DNA from: Catajapyx aquilonaris | Lineage: Eukaryota | Reading direction: 5' to 3' | Length of the DNA stretch: 64,000 bases | Assembly: GCA_000934665.2 (NCBI GenBank) | Contig: KZ538118.1 | Span: 1 to 64,000 of the forward strand | In this document: positions 58,001-64,000 of the stretch, one piece after another | Numbering within the stretch: position 1 is the stretch's first letter | How the letters are laid out: every line of letters begins with the position of its first letter | Position numbers and translations under genes: made by a program | Notes under the pieces: generated by a model | What the model saw: only the letters and a program-made list of their open reading frames with translations | What the model was told of the DNA's origin: nothing | Databases searched by the model: none

Positions 58001-61000
58001 TCTGATGAAATTATTTTGTGCGATATGGAATGGAGAAAAATTACTGTCTGTTGGCCACGTATTTAACGCATATAAGACGAGTTGATATAACCTCTGCAAA
58101 GTACTTGAAAAATAAATAATACGCGCATGAAATTTTTTGAAGGTCTTCAAATGCTCATAATTCAAACTCACTCTTATCTGTCTGTATTTTAAGAAGAGCC
58201 ATAATACTAGCACAAATAGCGACCTTGCTGAATTTAATATCTGGTAATATTCCTTGAAAGACATTTATTGAGTCGGCAGCCTTACATACACAGCACAATG
58301 TGGAGGATACCCGCGGATTCAATGTAATCAATACGTCGCTCTGAATTACTTCTTCCTTTTACCCAGGTTGTCCTCTATAGTTCTTCTCCAAGAATAAGTC
58401 TAATAAAGTCGCAATAGTTTTTTTTTCCAACCTCTAAAATAATAGCATCCTGTCATGCAGCCTGACTCTTCAACAAAGCAATAATTTTTGTCAGTCTTTG
58501 AGATGGGTGTCCCACAGCGCAGCGCCTGCGCCCATGAACCTTTTCGTCGGTCTTTTCCGAGGGTGTAATTCCCGCCCTGCGATCAAAGGCGGGTTTGCCT
58601 CCGGAGGCCTCTCAGTCGACACATTCCTCTCGACCACTCCGGGTCTTGACCATCAACGTCGTCGTGGGTGACATGGGTCCGTCGCATTCCATCTGACGGT
58701 CCTGTTTAGTGACATGTGATGGTGATGAGTTTGATCATCTTTTAGAAGTTGGATGGATATTACCGAAAGTAAGTGCCCACATGTTACTTACCAGGTCAAT
58801 TATGTGACAATTACTTTTGCTTATGATTCCGGTTTTAAATGATTTTATTTGAAATTTAAAGATTGAAGTACAAAAAATACATTTGCAGATTAGTTTTTGT
58901 GATGAACAATTTGGCATGAACAATGATAATATGCGTCTGTTATCTTACCTTGTTTTGCTCATTAGCACAGTTGAATGTCCGTAATTACATTCGGCTCGAA
59001 TTATTCCTTACAAAGATATTTGCAAAAAAGCTCTCATAAATGGAAGAAAGTCTTAGTATCACAAATGGAATAAAATGAGTCTTAATTATCTTCAAGTGGA
59101 AGCAATTTTTATGAAAATTCAAGTTCTTTTAGAGACGGCTACTAAATGTCACATTACTGGGGATGTGACTGTACAATAATGAGCAAAATTATTCTCAAGT
59201 CCAACGTTACATTCGAGTAATAGTTAGCAAGCCATAGTCTGTTATTTTATTGCTTCAGTTTATATTATTAGCTGCATGTTGTTATTATTATCTCGGTAGC
59301 AACAATAATGCTCATATGCGCAACCCACACACGCAAGTGCATAATCGAATCATATACATGATGTAAACATTTTGTTGCTACTTGCACGAAATCATTACAA
59401 GCAGTGTACAAAAGGCAAACCAGTAATCCCTTTGTTACATATTATACTCGGGCATTTTTAAGCACTCTCGTTCTCATAATAATTGCATAATTTGTTGCAC
59501 TGCGCATTATATTTTCACACACAATATGTGCCAAATATTGTAAAGCATACAGTGTGCAAGGCTTCAATAATAATCCGACCACAGGTGGTCTGTACAATCC
59601 TTTCCAACAAAGTGTTAAGTCCCCGATGTCCGATGCAGTTCAGGCATGTCTAAAACCACTAGTGGTACAAGTGGTTCCAAAAGTGGCTTTCTAGTTTAGC
59701 AAAAAGGAGACCACTCTCTGCACAACTACTCTCCAATGACATCTCAAGGTCTCTTCAAAGATCGACCCTTCCAAGATATCAGTTTGGTGGGGAGGAAAAC
59801 ACAGTTTTTCTTCAGGTCAATTAAAAAGCTTACAATGTAATTAGGCTGTCATTGTTGTTTTTATCGTATTTTATCATAATTTTGGCTCATGCTGAAGTTA
59901 GCAGAAATACATGTCACAATATCATAAAACGATTCACTTCTCGTGTCAGGCCATGGTGAACAGCACCCTCGACCTTGTTTCGCTTCGAACTTGCTCTACA
60001 AACAAGGTCAAGGGTGACAGACGCCCATAAAATGGTGGTTCACCCACGCCAAAGCAGACTGAAGCTGATTGCACCTTGCAATAAGAGATGGGACTGATGT
60101 AATGGGGGTCTCAAATTAATGCGACGCAATGACGCAGTAAACATTGGACGTGAAAATTTTTTTTATTGCTTTCCACCGTAGTAAGTAAAATAATGTTGAA
60201 ATATTTTCCACTATAGAAGGAAAAGTTCGTATTTTCGTGTGTCAGCCACGCGGTTACCTTTCGTCTCGTCCACAATAAAAAACTATTCGTTAAATTAATC
60301 TGATGTAACAGTTGCAACTTGCCGCAGCGGCGCCAAAGAATGCTTCCATGTCCATGTAGACAACATCAATCGGATTTTTTTACATTTTTGTGGGGCCCTG
60401 GACCAGATTTCCATCCTCTACAACTGAAGCAGGAGTTTTGCAGTTTAATAAATACTGCTATCACTTAACAGTCATAACACTATCATGATGCTCTTACACT
60501 GGAATCAACTATGCACGGCATCGCTTTGAAGATTATACGTTTGAATGCACCAGAATTGATATGTGGATGCGGAAGGTGTACTCTTGCTAACAGAACTCTG
60601 TAAAATAACAATTCTGTCGCATTGCAGTTGTACACAGCGTGGTATGACATAATGAATGAGATGCAGTATAATATTATAAAAACATCGTAGATAACAAAGC
60701 ATGAATAAGTCAACGTAGGACATCTAACTTTGAAACGATTGTGTCATTTTCACACAACTCTAACATTCAGTAATGCAACTCCAGGTAGGCTACTATGATT
60801 TTTACATATTATTTTAGTGGATAGGGAGAATCATAATGAGTTGCATGTAGGGCATACTGTATTGTAGAATCTAGTAATTTCCTTACATATGGCTGTTATT
60901 GTAATTAATCCAACAACTATAGATTTTATGAACTCTAGTTAACACCGCTGCTTGTACGAGTAGGTTCTGATAATTTGGACTAGACATTATTACGATGAGA

Positions 61001-62609
61001 CTTGATTGTCTTCGTCACCTTGTACTGGCCATACAGCGTCTTTGTACTAACAGCATCCGTCAGAAAGCATTCACCACGGTTGTTTACAAAACCGACCCCT
61101 TTGATCTAATATTTCAAATTTAATTGGGCAGCCAAAAGTGTACCTGTAATGCTCTTTATCTTGAAAGCAAGCTGCGTGCACTCTGAGCCCACACTTTATG
61201 CCCATTAATAATGGTACTGTAAACCAATATGAGGTCAGCATATAATCATAAAATGTAATTGGCGTTCAAGCACATGGAGCACATACAATATTAGACTCGC
61301 TTACACAAAACTTCATTGTGCAATGAGTATCTAAAAGACATAACTACATTCTATCCTGACATATTGCACTGCCTTACTTATTCTTCTCTTGGGTGCATTT
61401 ACACGTTAGGAGCTTCTGTCTGTGTATATTATATCTTTATTACTTTTTTTTGCTTCGAAATGAATGCCCAATATATAATGAAAAACGTATTCCTAAGACT
61501 ATCCGATATGGAATCCAATGCACAGAAACACGTAAAGGCCTTATATCGTTGAAACGGTATGTTGTAAATTGCTGGCTGAGCCGGGCCCGAAGCTGGCAAC
61601 CAATTAATAGGGCGCTTGTTTCATGTTGAAGCAATGCAGCTATTCAAAGTCATACAGTGGTATGAAACAGCCGTGATTACTGACCATGGACAGTCTAACC
61701 GATGTGTCACTAAAATGGTCGATTAAAGCATTTGATTAAACTCATACATCATGATCCTGACTCTCAAATCTCCGCGATGATTCACACGGTAGTAAACTAG
61801 TAACAGCGCAGGTCTATTAATTTATAGCGTACTGTATGCAGAGTATTTAACAGACGAATATCTTGCTAAAATATTTTCAAATACTTGATGAGGATTTAAA
61901 GCATGACTATAAATTACATAAGTTCATTTGCCTGCACTAACTACTTGTATGTATTTGCTTAATGACCCAGTATCGCATATAGTAAACATTCTCTAAAATT
62001 ATGAAATATGGTCAAATTCGTCAGCAGTGTGGCAGGGAGAGAACTCGGAAAAAGGAAATGTAGAGTGACGAATTATTTGGCCGTGTGGAGGTATTACGAT
62101 ATACTATGTAGATACACTGTACAGTACCGCTACTATAAATCAGACATCCAAAGTTGTTATGACAGAACCACGAACCAGTCTTAATGCACATGATATACTT
62201 GACAGAAATGAAGGATCCTTTCAGAAGAAGTAATGATATGATTATTATTTGAATTATTCATAATGTACCCCCACATACCCTTTTACTGTGCTGAATATTT
62301 TCTTCGCCTGTGCGCATCTATAGAGAAGAGTATAATCTCTGTTTTCCAGCAAGATTACGGATGTTGATGGAAGCCAGATAAGCAGCGTGCTTGTGCTTTG
62401 GTATTACCGGCAATTATTACTTATTAGTACACCGCATATTTGAGATGAGTGGATTGTTTGCCCCGCAGGCGTATTGATGAAGAGGTCATTTTAATTGTCT
62501 TCAAAGGTGGAGCAAATACTCCATCAAGAAGCCGATTTGAGCATCATGCGTTCAGCCAATGTTCAAGTGGGGAACTTCTGTAATATTATTAAGGACATGA
62601 TTGTACTGT

Positions 62610-62734
62610 GGGCCGGTTTCACCGAGCTCAGTATATGATAAAACCAGGGTATTTCTCAAAATCCCTATCTATTTGTATGGATTTTCCTAAAGAAACCTGG
62701 TTTTATCATATACCAAGCTCGGTGAAACCGGCCC
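62610..62734. mobile_element. Small PIF/Harbinger-like MITE
   Basis: ~39-bp TIR gggccggtttcaccgagct...tatatgataaaaccagg / cctggttttatcatata...agctcggtgaaaccggccc. 3-bp direct flank tgt on both sides. Confidence 0.75.
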
Positions 62735-64000
62735 TGTATGGATCAAACATCTGAAAATTCATCTATCCTAAAGGTGATGATATTACTCTGTAGTATACTA
62801 TACTCTGAAGAGCAGCATTCCCTTCGTTGCATAAATTCCTAACTAACAAGGTTGTCCTGAATGTCGCAAGCCTATCAGTACTTCAGCTGTAGTACTTGGC
62901 AAACATCTATACCATCTAAGACCAATAATGCAAGTTTTAACAGTGAATAGCTACTACATCAATATAGAGGATCAAACAAAATGTATTCGGCATGAAGAAG
63001 CCTCCGTGACCCATTAGTGCACATAGAGGAATACAGGAAAATGAATTTTAATATAAATGGAGGCAATTATTCAAATCGAGAAATATTTAAATGTGACAAT
63101 TCAGGGCATTATGACAAACAATTCGCACTGCGATCTGTTAGTTGATGTTCCGGCATGGCTCGAATGGCGCTATTAAATAAAAATCCCTCGATGTGGCCAC
63201 GAGCAAATAAACACATTTGGTAGAAATCTGACTACCAAATGAGGATAGAAATTGCGGGGGACTACCAGTCGCAGACGCAGATATTATTGGCAATGTCATT
63301 CACATGAATGATTCATATTCACACGGATGAGGTTTGCGACATTACAGGTCCATTAATGTCCAGCTAAATGTTATATATACTTGCTATAGGATTTGGTACA
63401 AAGCTCTGTCAAGCTACATTACACATTCAAATCATACTGTAGGTGCCAACCCGGTTTTGTAATTACATCACCCGCAGTTTCTAAGGTGTTCCCTATTGAC
63501 TCGTACCACTTCATTCCCTCCAATCACTGCTTATGACCTTAGTTCCCTATACTCTCCACTGCAAATCAATTATCCGTAATGCTATGTGAGCATATTATAT
63601 TTGAAAGCTCTTATGGCAATTAAGAGACCTGGATGCGAAACAGGCTGTATGTTCTCTCAGGAAGTACTCAAACTGTCAAAAGACCACAAAGCTGACTGAC
63701 AACTCCAGAACCCAATTAGTCCTTATTAGATTCCGACATATTATATTTCGTATATACATATTATGCAATAATCCTATAGAAGGCTCATATGGAGCAGACC
63801 CTGACATATTCTACTTATGAGCTCTACCCAGAAAGAGAGCATATTTTTTTCTCATTGTGAATAAAGCAATGCAATAAGAGGTTTTACACCCAGATTTTAG
63901 GTCCGATTGCGAGCTCGACCCACTTAAATCTGAATCATGGGAAGGACATTTTACTGCCGACATTGGGCATTCATTCGCTTGTGATGTTATTGCTGGAAAT

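Noticed and set aside
59585..59815. AG/GT-bounded exon-like segment
   Set aside because: There are stop codons in all three plus-strand frames.

Overview
This window is eukaryotic (animal, most likely arthropod) genomic DNA with short GT-AG introns. It is not prokaryotic, and I see no operons, CRISPR arrays or rRNA. Genes rebuilt by hand from splice signals: (1) two intact 7-exon minus-strand genes for secreted fibrinogen-related (FReD, tachylectin-5/ficolin-like) proteins at 1003-4313 and 14753-16714; (2) between them, two near-identical intronless plus-strand ionotropic receptor (IR, variant iGluR) genes at 5637-7637 and 9868-11859, plus a decayed FReD fragment at about 8545-8831; (3) a muscle calponin-family gene, Mp20, at 31429-32347; (4) a muscle LIM protein gene at 42089-55072, encoding a 5-LIM protein and probably a 1-LIM isoform from an alternative terminal exon. 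The FReD/IR arrangement is best explained by tandem duplication of a head-to-head FReD-IR cassette followed by a ~3.2 kb deletion. The rest is rich in non-autonomous transposons: hAT MITEs with 8-bp TSDs, tRNA-derived SINEs, several palindromic MITEs, and a nested hAT > mariner > foldback stack at 17866-24101 whose ~1 kb inverted arms each carry two tRNA-like Pol III promoter modules. Nothing here is a demonstrably new biological system. The best leads are the interleaved lectin-chemoreceptor cassette, patchy divergence between the IR twins, a shared furin-type site in the FReDs, and the tRNA-bearing foldback element. All calls come from reading the sequence; no database searches were run.
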